32,000 nucleotides of DNA from Thermodesulfobacteriota bacterium (GTDB taxonomy: Bacteria; Desulfobacterota; WTBG01; JAGOGO01), in contig CP113000.1 of assembly GCA_026625185.1 (NCBI GenBank), forward strand, positions 885,622-917,621, read 5' to 3'. Below the pieces are notes generated by a model. The model saw nothing but the letters and a program-made list of their open reading frames with translations. It did not search any database and was not told the DNA's origin. Numbering within the stretch: position 1 is the stretch's first letter; each line of letters begins with the position of its first letter. Made by a program: the position numbers and the translations under genes. Below, piece by piece: positions 22,664 through 32,000 of the stretch.

Positions 22664-23740
22664 ATGAAATCAGGTAATCCCTTGCGGAAAACTGCCCGGA
22701 CGGATGCGCGTAAGCTCCTCCAATTTCTTGAGCAGAAGAGAGAAGCTTTATCTCCTCTTTTGATCCTTACCCATGATTATCCTGATCCGGATGCTTTGGC
22801 AAGCAGCTTTGCCTTTGCTTATTTGGTCAAGAAGGGTTTTAATATTTATACCCGGATAGTGTATGGTGGTATTATTGGGAGGACGGAGAACCGGGAGATG
22901 GTTAAAATTCTTAAAATGCCGGTCCATAAGTTTAACGCCAATGACCTTAAAAAATTTTCTCAGGTAGCCTTGATTGACACCCAGCCGGAATTTGAAAATA
23001 ATTCTTTTCCTGCAGACCGGCAGGCCACCCTTGTTATTGACCAGCATCCTTCACTCATCAAGCCTTCGGCTGTCTGTAGTATTGTGGACCTGGAGTGCGG
23101 AGCAACATCAGTAATTCTTGCCCAGGCACTGCTTTTAAGTAACATTGACATTCCCCGGAGGATAGGAACCGCGCTCGCCTATGGTATTTTAACTGATACG
23201 CTCAACCTTTATAGAGCCAAAAGGGCTGATATTATCAAAACCTATAGCGCTCTTTTGCCTTTTTGCGATATGCGTATTTTAGCGCACATCCAAAATCCTT
23301 CGCGATCAAGAAAATTTTTTACTACTCTGGGAAAAGCTATTAAAGACGCCATGGTTTGTCAAAAGCTGCTTGTTTCCCACCTCGGGTGGGTAGAAAACCC
23401 GGATTTAGTCTCGCAGATAACTGAGTTTCTATTGACTTATAAGGGGATGCGCTATGCATTTTGTACGGGAAGATATAATGAAAGAATTCACTTTTCGCTT
23501 CGAGCGACCAACCCGAATGCTTTGGCGGCAAATATTTTACGAGACATTGTCAAGGATCCGAAAGAAGCCGGAGGGCATGATACCATTGCCGGAGGTAGTT
23601 TTGAGGTGGGGAAGGAGGGCGCCGAGTCCACCTGGAAAGAGGTAGAGGAGTCCCTTACCCAAAAACTGATCGAACGGTTAAACATATCAGGAAAGAGTAC
23701 GTTTTACTTTCCCTTCAAGCTAACCCCCCGCATAAAATAA
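22664..23740 (+). CDS. DHH/DHHA1-family phosphoesterase (NrnA/Pde2-like)
   Basis: HDYPDPDALAS (DHH motifs I-II), VIDQHPS (motif III, with DQH instead of DHH), and GGHDTIAGG (DHHA1 GGGH-like motif). Confidence 0.75.
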   Translation: MKSGNPLRKTARTDARKLLQFLEQKREALSPLLILTHDYPDPDALASSFAFAYLVKKGFNIYTRIVYGGIIGRTENREMVKILKMPVHKFNANDLKKFSQVALIDTQPEFENNSFPADRQATLVIDQHPSLIKPSAVCSIVDLECGATSVILAQALLLSNIDIPRRIGTALAYGILTDTLNLYRAKRADIIKTYSALLPFCDMRILAHIQNPSRSRKFFTTLGKAIKDAMVCQKLLVSHLGWVENPDLVSQITEFLLTYKGMRYAFCTGRYNERIHFSLRATNPNALAANILRDIVKDPKEAGGHDTIAGGSFEVGKEGAESTWKEVEESLTQKLIERLNISGKSTFYFPFKLTPRIK

Positions 23741-23752
23741 GGCCGATGGACG

Positions 23753-24949
23753 ATGGAGTTTTTTAACTTTATTAGAGATATTACGATAGCCGATTTTGTC
23801 GATATCCTCTTTATGTCGCTTGTTATTTACAGTGTGCTGATTTGGTTTAAAAAGACCAAGGCGGCCTTTGTTTTGACCGGCATCATCATCATGGCCGGGG
23901 TTTATCTTGTTGCCCGACAATTTGATTTAACGTTAACGGCTTCAGTCTTGCAAGGTTTTTTTGCCGTGATATTAATTGTGGTGGTGGTAATTTTTCAAGA
24001 GGAACTGCGACATTTTTTTGAAAAGATAGCGGTTTGGAGCTTAAACCGAAAAAACCAAAAACCGATGCAGATATCTCGACCCGAAGTAGAGACCTTGGTT
24101 CGTACGCTTAATGATTTTGCCCATGACAAGATCGGCGCCCTTATTGTTATTCAAGGAAAAGATTTGGTTATGCGCCATTTGGATGGAGGAGTAGAGTTAC
24201 ACGGAAAACTCAGTGAGTCACTTTTAAAAAGCATTTTTGATCCTCACTCTTCCGGGCATGATGGAGCAGTGGTGATTGAACGGGATCAGGTAAGCCAATT
24301 TTCCTGTCAGCTTCCGCTTTCCAAGGATTTTAAAACCCTTGGTCAAACCGGTACCCGCCATGCTTCTGCGCTGGGGTTATCAGAATTAACCGATGCGCTT
24401 TGTCTCGTGGTTTCGGAGGAACGGGGAACAATTGTTATCGCCCGCAATGGCGCACTTCAGACGATTGCTGATAGTGAAACCTTGAGCGCGGCCATAAAAA
24501 ATTTTTATCAGGAGATCAGCCCCCCGCCGGTAAATAAGCTCCGGCAGGAGTTTTTCAAAAAAAATTCCCGGGAAAAAATCATAGCGCTGGTTATGACATC
24601 GGCGCTTTGGTTTGTTTTGGTCTATGGATCAAAACTTGTCTATAAAACTTATACGGTTCCGATTGAGTATTCGGCTTTGCCTACTGGTCTTACGGTTGAA
24701 GAAATTGCCCCTAAAGAAATTGAGGTTTCCTTTTCCGGGCCACGCCGGGCGTTTTATTTTTTTAATATCAATGAGGTCAAGGTCATTCTGAAGCTCTGGA
24801 ACGTTAAAGAAGGAAGGCATAGTTTCAAGATCGCAAAATCTTACCTTTCCTTTCCCCAGGGTATCGGCCTTGAAAATCTTGAGCCGTCAGTGGTACGAGT
24901 TAATATTGCTGCTTTAGCCGGCACCGAAAAAAAGGAGCCATCACCGTAA
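23753..24949 (+). CDS. cdaA: Diadenylate cyclase CdaA fused to a C-terminal TM helix and YbbR-like domain
   Basis: Three N-terminal TM helices. DAC motifs HDGAVVI and GTRHASALG. It then adds about 130 residues (IIALVMTSALWFVLVY + YTVPIEY...EIEVSFSGPR) resembling a YbbR/CdaR repeat. Confidence 0.8.
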   Translation: MEFFNFIRDITIADFVDILFMSLVIYSVLIWFKKTKAAFVLTGIIIMAGVYLVARQFDLTLTASVLQGFFAVILIVVVVIFQEELRHFFEKIAVWSLNRKNQKPMQISRPEVETLVRTLNDFAHDKIGALIVIQGKDLVMRHLDGGVELHGKLSESLLKSIFDPHSSGHDGAVVIERDQVSQFSCQLPLSKDFKTLGQTGTRHASALGLSELTDALCLVVSEERGTIVIARNGALQTIADSETLSAAIKNFYQEISPPPVNKLRQEFFKKNSREKIIALVMTSALWFVLVYGSKLVYKTYTVPIEYSALPTGLTVEEIAPKEIEVSFSGPRRAFYFFNINEVKVILKLWNVKEGRHSFKIAKSYLSFPQGIGLENLEPSVVRVNIAALAGTEKKEPSP

Positions 24950-24950
24950 A

Positions 24951-25454
24951 ATGAAAAATTTTGAGTTCACGATTCGACCTGCGGCACTTGAAGATGCTGA
25001 AAAGATTTATGACTTGTTAAATGACGTGGGAGCAGAAAATACGTACTTTATGCTCGAACCAGACGAGAGAACAGTGGAGCAGATCAAAGGGCTGGTTCGC
25101 CAGCAAACCCTTAAGCGGAGCCTTCTTTTGGTGGCCGAAAATAATGGTATCATTGTAGGAGTATTAGGTTTTATCGGAGGAGGATTTAGGAAGATTGCCC
25201 ATGTTATCGAAATAGGTTTGGCAATTGGAAAAGATTTTCGAAAATCAGGAATTGGGTCAACTCTTTTCCGGGAAGCGATAGCCTGGGCGCGCAAAAAAGG
25301 ATTTCATCGTTTGGAGCTTGGGGTTTTATCCACTAATCAGCAAGCGATCTCGCTCTATAAAAAATTCGGATTTCAGGAGGAAGGAGTGCGTAAGAATCGG
25401 TACCGGATTGAAGAGACCTGGGTAGACGAACTTTTAATGGCCAAGCTTCTGTAA
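24951..25454 (+). CDS. GNAT-family N-acetyltransferase
   Basis: The R.SGIGS.L acetyl-CoA loop (FRKSGIGSTLF) and size are typical of GNAT enzymes. Confidence 0.8.
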   Translation: MKNFEFTIRPAALEDAEKIYDLLNDVGAENTYFMLEPDERTVEQIKGLVRQQTLKRSLLLVAENNGIIVGVLGFIGGGFRKIAHVIEIGLAIGKDFRKSGIGSTLFREAIAWARKKGFHRLELGVLSTNQQAISLYKKFGFQEEGVRKNRYRIEETWVDELLMAKLL

Positions 25455-25555
25455 AGTTATTGTGCATACCCGCGGGCATAAAAAATATAGTCGCGTCTTT
25501 TGCGTCATTACGGTTATTATTACGGGGAGATAACTTCTTAGGAGAAAAAGACTTT

Positions 25556-26587
25556 ATGATCAGTAATTCCGTTTTTTTGAAAGCCTGCCGGAGAGAGCCA
25601 ACTGAATATACCCCGATTTGGCTCATGCGTCAGGCGGGCCGGTATTTAAGTGAATACCGGGCAATGAGAGAAAAAGCTTCCTTCCTGGCGATGTGTAAAA
25701 ATCCCGATTTAGCTGCCGAAGTTACTCTGCAACCGATAAAGCTCATAGGGATGGATGCAGCGATTATCTTTGCCGATATCCTTCTCCCGCTTGAACCAAT
25801 GGGAATTAAACTTGAATTTTCCCAAGGCGAAGGGCCGATAATTCATAACTCCATTCAGAAAGAAAGTGATATAGAAAGCCTGCGGGTCATTGAACCGGAA
25901 GAAGATGTTCCGTATGTGCTTGAAGCGATTAAAAAAGTTGTTAATGAGCTTAACAACACAATACCGCTCATTGGTTTTGCCGGTGGCCCGTTTACCTTGG
26001 CGAGCTATTGCATAGAAGGGGGTCATTCCCAAAACTTCATTAAAACAAAACAGTTTATGTATCATAACCCAAAATATTGGCATCTTTTTATGGAAAAACT
26101 CTCGACGGTCGTTACTCGCTATCTTAATGCTCAGATTGCGGCCGGCGCGCAGGCTATACAGGTCTTTGACAGCTGGGTGGGTTGCTTAAGCCCTCATGAT
26201 TACGCTCGGTTTGTTTTGCCTCATTCGCAAAAGGTTTTTCAGGGACTTACCAACGATGTCCCGGCTATTCATTTTGCGACGGGTGCAGCTGACCTCCTTG
26301 AGCTTATGAAAGCAGCCGGGGGTAATATTATTGGGGTGGATTGGCGAGTTGAGCTCGGCCACGCCTGGAAACGTCTGGGGTATAACGTCGGGATACAGGG
26401 TAATTTAGACCCGGTCACATTGCTTGCTCCGACTGCAATGATCAAGGAGCGAGTGAAAAAAATTCTTCAGTCAGCCGAAAACCGTCCCGGACATATCTTT
26501 AACTTAGGCCACGGTATCCTTCCCCAAACTCCCCTTAAAAACGTTGTCGCGCTGATTAACATGGTCCATGATCTTAGCAAGCGATAA
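25556..26587 (+). CDS. hemE: Uroporphyrinogen decarboxylase
   Basis: SD aggagaa before ATG 25556. PIWLMRQAGRYL signature. The tracked ORF start at 25460 is an upstream extension. Confidence 0.9.
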   Translation: MISNSVFLKACRREPTEYTPIWLMRQAGRYLSEYRAMREKASFLAMCKNPDLAAEVTLQPIKLIGMDAAIIFADILLPLEPMGIKLEFSQGEGPIIHNSIQKESDIESLRVIEPEEDVPYVLEAIKKVVNELNNTIPLIGFAGGPFTLASYCIEGGHSQNFIKTKQFMYHNPKYWHLFMEKLSTVVTRYLNAQIAAGAQAIQVFDSWVGCLSPHDYARFVLPHSQKVFQGLTNDVPAIHFATGAADLLELMKAAGGNIIGVDWRVELGHAWKRLGYNVGIQGNLDPVTLLAPTAMIKERVKKILQSAENRPGHIFNLGHGILPQTPLKNVVALINMVHDLSKR

Positions 26588-27520
26588 ATGGAAAAACCTT
26601 ATCAACATACCGGCATTCTGCTTTTAGCTTTTGGAGGACCCAGTTCGTTAGAGGACGTAGAGCCTTTCTTGAAAAATGTTTTTTCCGGCCGATCGCTTAA
26701 CCCTTTTGTTGTTAATCAGGTAAAAAAACGTTACCAGCTTATCGGGGGAAAATCTCCGCTGCCTGAAATTACCGAACAGCAGGCGCAGCTGCTTCAGAAT
26801 AATCTTAAAAAGAGGGGAATGATCTGTGACGTTTCTATCGGCATGCGTTATTGGCAACCTTTCATCTCAGAGGCTATTAACACTTTACACGCAAAGGGAA
26901 TAAAAAAAATCCTCTGCATTATTTTATCGCCTTTTTCAAACGTGGCCGCGACCGGAGGCTATAACGAAGCTGTTTATCAGACGATCAGGCGGTTTCACCA
27001 GACCATGGAAGCGCATTTTGTTTCACCCTGGAACACGCATGCTCGTTATCTTGATGCGGCAGCAGACAGGATAAAAGCAGGGCTGAATTTGTTTTCTGCA
27101 AACATAAGGACCTCTGTCCCCATCGTTTTTTCTGCGCACAGCCTTCCCTTAGAGCGCGTTAGCGATGGTCTTTATGTAAATGAAATTAAAAAAACCATTG
27201 CCGGGGTGATAACGCGTTTAGAAAACCATGAATGGTATCTTGTCTTCCAAAGCCAGGGAAAAGAAGGAGCGTGGCTCGCGCCTCATGGGGAAGACGTCCT
27301 CAAAAATATTGCTGCGAGCGGTAAAAAAGATGTGCTGGTAGTACCTTTAGGATTTGTTTCTGATCACCTGGAAACACTTTACGACCTTGATATTGTTCTC
27401 AGAAAAAAAGCTCTTGACCTGGGACTTAATTTTCAACGGGCGCCTTCACTCAATGACAGCCCTCAATTTATCGAAGCCTTAACTGAGGTCATCGTAACCT
27501 CTCTGAGTAGCGGAACATAA
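26588..27520 (+). CDS. hemH: Ferrochelatase (HemH / coproporphyrin ferrochelatase type not distinguishable)
   Basis: GILLLAFGGPSSLEDVEPFL N-terminus with family-typical length. Abuts hemE and overlaps hemY by 1 nt. Confidence 0.85.
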   Translation: MEKPYQHTGILLLAFGGPSSLEDVEPFLKNVFSGRSLNPFVVNQVKKRYQLIGGKSPLPEITEQQAQLLQNNLKKRGMICDVSIGMRYWQPFISEAINTLHAKGIKKILCIILSPFSNVAATGGYNEAVYQTIRRFHQTMEAHFVSPWNTHARYLDAAADRIKAGLNLFSANIRTSVPIVFSAHSLPLERVSDGLYVNEIKKTIAGVITRLENHEWYLVFQSQGKEGAWLAPHGEDVLKNIAASGKKDVLVVPLGFVSDHLETLYDLDIVLRKKALDLGLNFQRAPSLNDSPQFIEALTEVIVTSLSSGT

Positions 27521-28944
27521 TGACGCGCACTGAAAAAACCATCGCCATTATCGGGGGGGGTATTGCCGGCCTTTCTGCCGCGCAGGTGCTTCAGAAAGAA
27601 ATGGAAGAGCGGAAAGAAGCGATAACCTTCTTGCTGGTGGAAAAAGAAAATCGGTTAGGCGGAAACATCCTGACTGAGCGACACGATGACTTTATCATCG
27701 AGGGAGGCCCGGACTGCTTTTTATCCGAAAAGCCTGAGACAATTACGCTCTGCCACAAACTCGGCATTCAGGATCACTTAATGAAGACCAATGAGCATGT
27801 CCGCGGCATTTTTATTCTCTCCAAAGGAACCTTACAAGAACTCCCGGAAGGGTTTATGCTTCTTGCGCCCACGAATTTTTCTTCGTTTATCAAAAACCCT
27901 TTAATTTCACCGTTGGGAAAACTCCGGATGGCGATGGATCTTATCATTCCAGGAATAAAATCCGCTGAGGAGGAAAGTTTAGCACAGTTTGTCACCCGGC
28001 GTTTGGGAAAAGAAGTTTTGGAGAAAATCGCCGAACCCCTGGTAGCTGGTATTCATGCCGGCGAGCCGGAAACCATGAGCCTTAAGAGCACCTTTCCGAG
28101 GCTGATTGAGTTAGAGAAAAGCTATCGAAGTTTGATCATCGGAATGATAAAAAGAAAAAAAATGTTCAAAGGGAAAAAGAGCACTAATAACTACACCATG
28201 TTTATGAGTTTAAGAGAAGGTTTGGCGACACTTCCCGACACGGTAGCTGCTTCACTAAATCCCAAGAGATTTTTGACCGGAAACCCGGTCATTAGTGTTG
28301 AAAAACTTTCTGATGCTTCCGGATACCTTCTCACTTTGGCAAAGGGAGAGTTGTTAAAGGTTATGTCAGTGGTGTTTGCTACACCGGCGTTTGTCACTTC
28401 CGACCTCTTTAAAGGAATAGACCCCGTGCTTTCATCGGAGCTTTTATCCCTTCCGTATGTTTCCACTGCTACGATCTCCCTTGCCTATGAACGTAAAGAG
28501 GTCTCTTATCCAATGAATGGTTTTGGATTTGTAATTCCTCGGATCGAAAACAGGAAAATCATGGCCTGTACGTGGACCTCAAAAAAATTCGCGCATCGGG
28601 CGCCGCACGATAAGCTCTTAATCCGTTGTTTTGTGGGCGGGATAAAAAATGAGCATTTAACCCGTCTGAACGAGTCTGCGCTTATTGCGATCTCTCGCGA
28701 GGAACTCCGGGATATTATGGGCATACATGCTGAACCATTATTTGCCAAGGTTTTTCGGTGGGAGAAATCAATGCCGCAATATATGGTTGGTCACGAAGCG
28801 AAGATAAAAAGAATTGAGGAAAGGTTATCGCTTAACCCGGGGCTCTTTTTGGCGGGAAGTGCCTATTATGGTATTGGAATCAGCGATTGCATTAAAAGCG
28901 GTGAAAAGGCTGCTCTGGCAGCGCTCAAATTTTTACCCCGTTAG
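27520..28944 (+). CDS. hemY: HemY-type protoporphyrinogen/coproporphyrinogen oxidase (FAD)
   Basis: IAIIGGGIAGLSAA dinucleotide-binding motif. hemE-hemH-hemY order as in Bacillus hemEHY. The last codons and TAG stop lie in a REP family 2 element. Confidence 0.85.
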   Translation: MTRTEKTIAIIGGGIAGLSAAQVLQKEMEERKEAITFLLVEKENRLGGNILTERHDDFIIEGGPDCFLSEKPETITLCHKLGIQDHLMKTNEHVRGIFILSKGTLQELPEGFMLLAPTNFSSFIKNPLISPLGKLRMAMDLIIPGIKSAEEESLAQFVTRRLGKEVLEKIAEPLVAGIHAGEPETMSLKSTFPRLIELEKSYRSLIIGMIKRKKMFKGKKSTNNYTMFMSLREGLATLPDTVAASLNPKRFLTGNPVISVEKLSDASGYLLTLAKGELLKVMSVVFATPAFVTSDLFKGIDPVLSSELLSLPYVSTATISLAYERKEVSYPMNGFGFVIPRIENRKIMACTWTSKKFAHRAPHDKLLIRCFVGGIKNEHLTRLNESALIAISREELRDIMGIHAEPLFAKVFRWEKSMPQYMVGHEAKIKRIEERLSLNPGLFLAGSAYYGIGISDCIKSGEKAALAALKFLPR

Positions 28945-28990
28945 AAATGTCCCGCCTGCCCGGTTAGATCTCAAATATCTAACCGGGTAA
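28934..28990. terminator. REP family 2 element acting as a probable bidirectional terminator between hemY and the convergent epimerase gene
   Basis: Perfect 11-bp inverted repeat cccggttagat-ctcaaat-atctaaccggg (28960-28988) between the stops at 28944 (+) and 29010 (-). Confidence 0.55.
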
Positions 28991-29009
28991 AGAAGTACGG
29001 GTTAAATGC

Positions 29010-29948
29010 TCAGCGTGAAATCCTTCTAACGGGGTTTGCTTTAAAAAATTCGATTGTCTTTTTCAACCCTTCATCGAATTCGACCTTAGGCTCCCACCCT
29101 AATGTCTGTTTAGCTTTTTCTGCGGAGAGGACACTGCGGAATTGCTCTCCTTTTTGGGGTTCTCCGTGAACTTCCAGCGCCTCCGCATGAGCGAGAGACT
29201 GAATCTTTGTGAAAAGATAATTAACCGTTGTTTCCTTTCCGGTGCCGACATTGAATGGCCCCTTTATGCCATCTTTTAAGGCCAGCACATTTATCCGGGC
29301 CACATCTTCCACATACACAAAGTCTCGGGTCTGTTCCCCGTTTCCATTGATGATCGGTTGCTTTCCGGTCAGCATGCTTTGGGAAAAAATAGCAATCACC
29401 CCGGCCTCACCCAGAGGATCCTGCCGAGGACCGTAAACATTAGCATAGCGAAGCGCTACATAGGGGAGGTCAAAGTTGTTTTGGTAATAGTAAAGATAAC
29501 TTTCTCCGGATAGTTTAGCTACCCCGTAAGGGCTCAGGGGTCTCAGCGGATGTTTTTCGTCAGCAGGGAAATAATCCTGTTCACCGTAAATAGCTCCTCC
29601 TGAGGAAGCAAAGATTATTTTTTTTACCCCGTATTCCCGGCTTAATTCCAGGAGGTGAACAGTTCCCCGGATGTTGATTTCTAAGTCATAAATCGGGTCG
29701 GTTACTGAATCTCGAACGCTCACCTGGGCAGCATGGTGGTTTAGAACATCAGGCTTTTCCTTACCAAAAATCTCCTCTAAGCTTTCGTCTCGAATATCAA
29801 GGTGATAAAAGGATGCCGCAGGGTTAATATTAGCTTTTTTCCCGTTCGAAAGGTTATCAATGATGATAACCTGATGACCTTCCTTGATAAGGAGATCGGC
29901 GATATGGGAACCAATAAAACCTGCGCCGCCAGTAAGCATTATTTTCAT
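29010..29948 (-). CDS. NAD-dependent epimerase/dehydratase (UDP-glucose 4-epimerase-like SDR)
   Basis: GGAGFIGSH Rossmann motif, YGVAKL (YxxxK), about 312 aa. Confidence 0.8.
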   Translation of the reverse strand: MKIMLTGGAGFIGSHIADLLIKEGHQVIIIDNLSNGKKANINPAASFYHLDIRDESLEEIFGKEKPDVLNHHAAQVSVRDSVTDPIYDLEINIRGTVHLLELSREYGVKKIIFASSGGAIYGEQDYFPADEKHPLRPLSPYGVAKLSGESYLYYYQNNFDLPYVALRYANVYGPRQDPLGEAGVIAIFSQSMLTGKQPIINGNGEQTRDFVYVEDVARINVLALKDGIKGPFNVGTGKETTVNYLFTKIQSLAHAEALEVHGEPQKGEQFRSVLSAEKAKQTLGWEPKVEFDEGLKKTIEFFKANPVRRISR

Positions 29949-29987
29949 CGAAATATCCTTTTTATACTATGAACAAAATAAGAAACC

Positions 29988-31004
29988 TCAGGCGCCATAA
30001 TATACCTGATACCAACCCACAAATTTTTTCACCCCTTCTTCAATCGGAGTGGTGGGTTTAAAATCAACATCCTTTATTAAGTTCTCAACATCAGCAAACG
30101 TTGCAGGAACATCACCCGGCTGGAGGGGTAAAAAATTTTTCTTGGCTTTTCTTCCCAGGCATTCTTCTAAGATCTCGATGAGGTATAAAAGCTTCACCGG
30201 GTTATTATTTCCAATGTTATAAAGTTTAAACGGAGCCGCGCTCGTTGCCGGATCAGGATTTTCGCTGCTCCATTTTGGGTTAGAATCCGGAATTCTTTTC
30301 ATCACCCTGATAACACCTTCGATGATATCATCGATATAGGTGAAATCACGTTCCATATTGCCGAAGTTATAAATATCAATGGGTCGATTTTCCAACATCG
30401 CCTTGGTAAAAAGAAAGAGAGCCATATCCGGCCTTCCCCAGGGACCATAAACGGTAAAAAACCTAAGGCCAGTAGTGGGAATGCCAAATAAGTAACTGTA
30501 ACTATGAGCCATCAATTCATTTGCTTTCTTCGTTGCCCCATAAAGGGAAATCGGATGGTCAACATTTTGATGGACAGAAAACGGCATCCTGGTATTTAAT
30601 CCATAGACTGAGCTGGATGAGGCAAAGACCAGGTTTTTTACCTTAGCGTGCCGGCAGCCTTCCAGGATATTTAAAAACCCATAGATGTTACTATCAAGAT
30701 AATTATAAGGGTTAATAAGCGAGTACCTCACTCCTGCCTGAGCTGCAAGGTTAACCACAACGTCAAATTCTTCGGACTTAAATAAAGAAAGAATATCTTC
30801 TTTCTTTTCCAAGGAAAGTTTGATAAATTTAAATTTCTTTTTGCTCTCCAGTTGTGCTAAACGGGCCTTTTTTAATGCGACATCATAATAATCATTTAAG
30901 TTATCAATGCCGACAACCTCATCCCCCTCTTCTATCAATCGCTTACAGAGGTGAAACCCGATAAACCCGGCTGCACCGGTTACCATTTTTTTACTTTTTG
31001 ACAC
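29988..31004 (-). CDS. NAD-dependent epimerase, UDP-glucuronate 4-epimerase (CapI/LpsL)-like
   Basis: [21 protein letters not shown], and YGATKK (YxxxK). These are typical of the CapI-like subgroup. Confidence 0.8.
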   Translation of the reverse strand: MSKSKKMVTGAAGFIGFHLCKRLIEEGDEVVGIDNLNDYYDVALKKARLAQLESKKKFKFIKLSLEKKEDILSLFKSEEFDVVVNLAAQAGVRYSLINPYNYLDSNIYGFLNILEGCRHAKVKNLVFASSSSVYGLNTRMPFSVHQNVDHPISLYGATKKANELMAHSYSYLFGIPTTGLRFFTVYGPWGRPDMALFLFTKAMLENRPIDIYNFGNMERDFTYIDDIIEGVIRVMKRIPDSNPKWSSENPDPATSAAPFKLYNIGNNNPVKLLYLIEILEECLGRKAKKNFLPLQPGDVPATFADVENLIKDVDFKPTTPIEEGVKKFVGWYQVYYGA

Positions 31005-31247
31005 TTTATTTGTCTCCCCCTGATTTAGGAACCATTTTTTACCTTACCTTATATACTAAAATTCTCCTCTTAAGGCGAGGATTTTTTTCCTTTTTGACGA
31101 TAAGCAAATATTTTAAAGTAGCGCATTAGGCTCAGTATGACTAAACCCATAAAAAAGAAAAAATCTCATATTTTTTACAAAGTTAACATGCTGATTTAAT
31201 AAATATTTTTAATACCAGCCCATCCTATCGGCTTATAGAGGCATGAA

Positions 31248-31276
31248 TTGACTTAAGAATTTAGATGGGTTATAAG
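31248..31276 (+). promoter_or_regulatory. Candidate promoter TTGACT - 17 nt - TATAAG
   Basis: Hexamers at 31248-31253 and 31271-31276, about 55 nt upstream of ATG 31333. Confidence 0.35.
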
Positions 31277-31332
31277 ATAAAATTAATTAATGTTCATTAA
31301 ACAAATCATCGGACAAAAAAGGAGTATCATTA

Positions 31333-32000
31333 ATGGCCTTGACCAAAGGTAACAACGTCGCAGAATTAGAAAAACTCCGGTCTCTGATCGCTTATAACGA
31401 GAGCTTAAAAAATATTACTCATCAGCTCCACCTTGCTGAAAACATTGATGATATTTTGATAAATTTTAAAGATAATATCCTTGCACTCTTTGATGCCGAG
31501 AGGATCACGATTTATGCGGTTGATCATGCCAAAAGGGAAATCTACTCAAAAATGAAAGAGGGAAATGAGATAACCGAGATTCGTCTTCCGATCGATCGGT
31601 CGAGTATTGCCGGATACTGCGCTTCTACCGGAAAAATAGTCAGTATAAACAACGCGTATGATGATAAAGAATTATATGGTTATTCTCCGGACTTAGGATT
31701 CGATAAAACTTGGGATTTGAAGACCGGTTTCAAGACGCTGCAGGTACTTGCTGCTCCATTTCTTTATGAGAAATATTTAATGGGGGTTATCCAATTGTTG
31801 AACAAAAAAACAGGGGCTACCTTTACCCAGGAAGACAAACAAATTGCAGCTGAAATGGCGGATGTGTTGGGATTAGCTTTTTATAATCAGATTCAAAAAG
31901 CAAAAAGGAAGCCTACCAAATTTGATTATCTTCTCAGCAATAACATTATATCCCAGAAGGAATTAGAGGACGCCTCTATCCGAGCACGGGTGACCCAAGG
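31333..32000 (+). CDS. GAF-domain protein, probably an N-terminally extended GspE/PilB-type secretion ATPase (3' end outside the window)
   Basis: SD aaggag 8 nt before the ATG. The frame is open to the window edge, so it is absent from the ORF track. A GAF-like block (RITIYAVD...GYCASTGK...LQVLAAP...GVIQLLNK) is followed by KFDYLLSNNIISQKELEDA, resembling the T2SS-E N-terminal domain. Confidence 0.6.
   Translation, partial: MALTKGNNVAELEKLRSLIAYNESLKNITHQLHLAENIDDILINFKDNILALFDAERITIYAVDHAKREIYSKMKEGNEITEIRLPIDRSSIAGYCASTGKIVSINNAYDDKELYGYSPDLGFDKTWDLKTGFKTLQVLAAPFLYEKYLMGVIQLLNKKTGATFTQEDKQIAAEMADVLGLAFYNQIQKAKRKPTKFDYLLSNNIISQKELEDASIRARVTQ

Overview
About 40% GC bacterial DNA from a diderm-type organism, judged from an AsmA-like gene and LPS-core genes. 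All calls rest on reading the sequence and recalling protein-family motifs; no search or folding program was run.

Backbone genes:
- AsmA-like C-terminus and an M48/LysM lipoprotein protease.
- An LPS-core-like cluster: GT4, a secreted metallophosphoesterase, GT2 and a Kdo/WaaP-type kinase, followed by larE.
- Zn-alcohol dehydrogenase, cysK, DUF1015 and mtaB.
- A tightly packed + strand run: GYD, DHH phosphoesterase, cdaA-YbbR fusion, GNAT, hemE, hemH, hemY.
- Two convergent nucleotide-sugar epimerases and the start of a GAF-domain protein.

Two accessory patches interrupt this backbone:
- 8.56-12.06 kb is visibly more GC-rich. Three co-oriented ORFs are each followed by an attC-like imperfect palindrome, with no integrase gene adjacent to the array or anywhere else in the window. 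This looks like an integrase-less integron cassette cluster.
- 18.2-22.3 kb is a mosaic: an orphan higA, a small antitoxin-like gene, an AT-rich HslV/proteasome-like ORF, a truncated radical-SAM gene, a tRNA 3' half and short iterated repeats.

Observations most worth follow-up:
1. An in-frame TGA (4932) follows Cys-Gly in the secreted phosphoesterase, with a GC-rich hairpin downstream. This is either a candidate selenocysteine site or a fresh pseudogene.
2. A 118-nt, 97% identical repeat has a 13-position closing helix. It sits in the 5' leader of the GT4 gene and overlaps the SD and probable TTG start of larE.
3. The attC-bounded cassettes.
4. Three paralogous promoter/leader modules. One drives higA; two have no ORF but share a terminator.
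5. Two REP-like hairpin families, next to a decayed IS200/RAYT-like transposase remnant.
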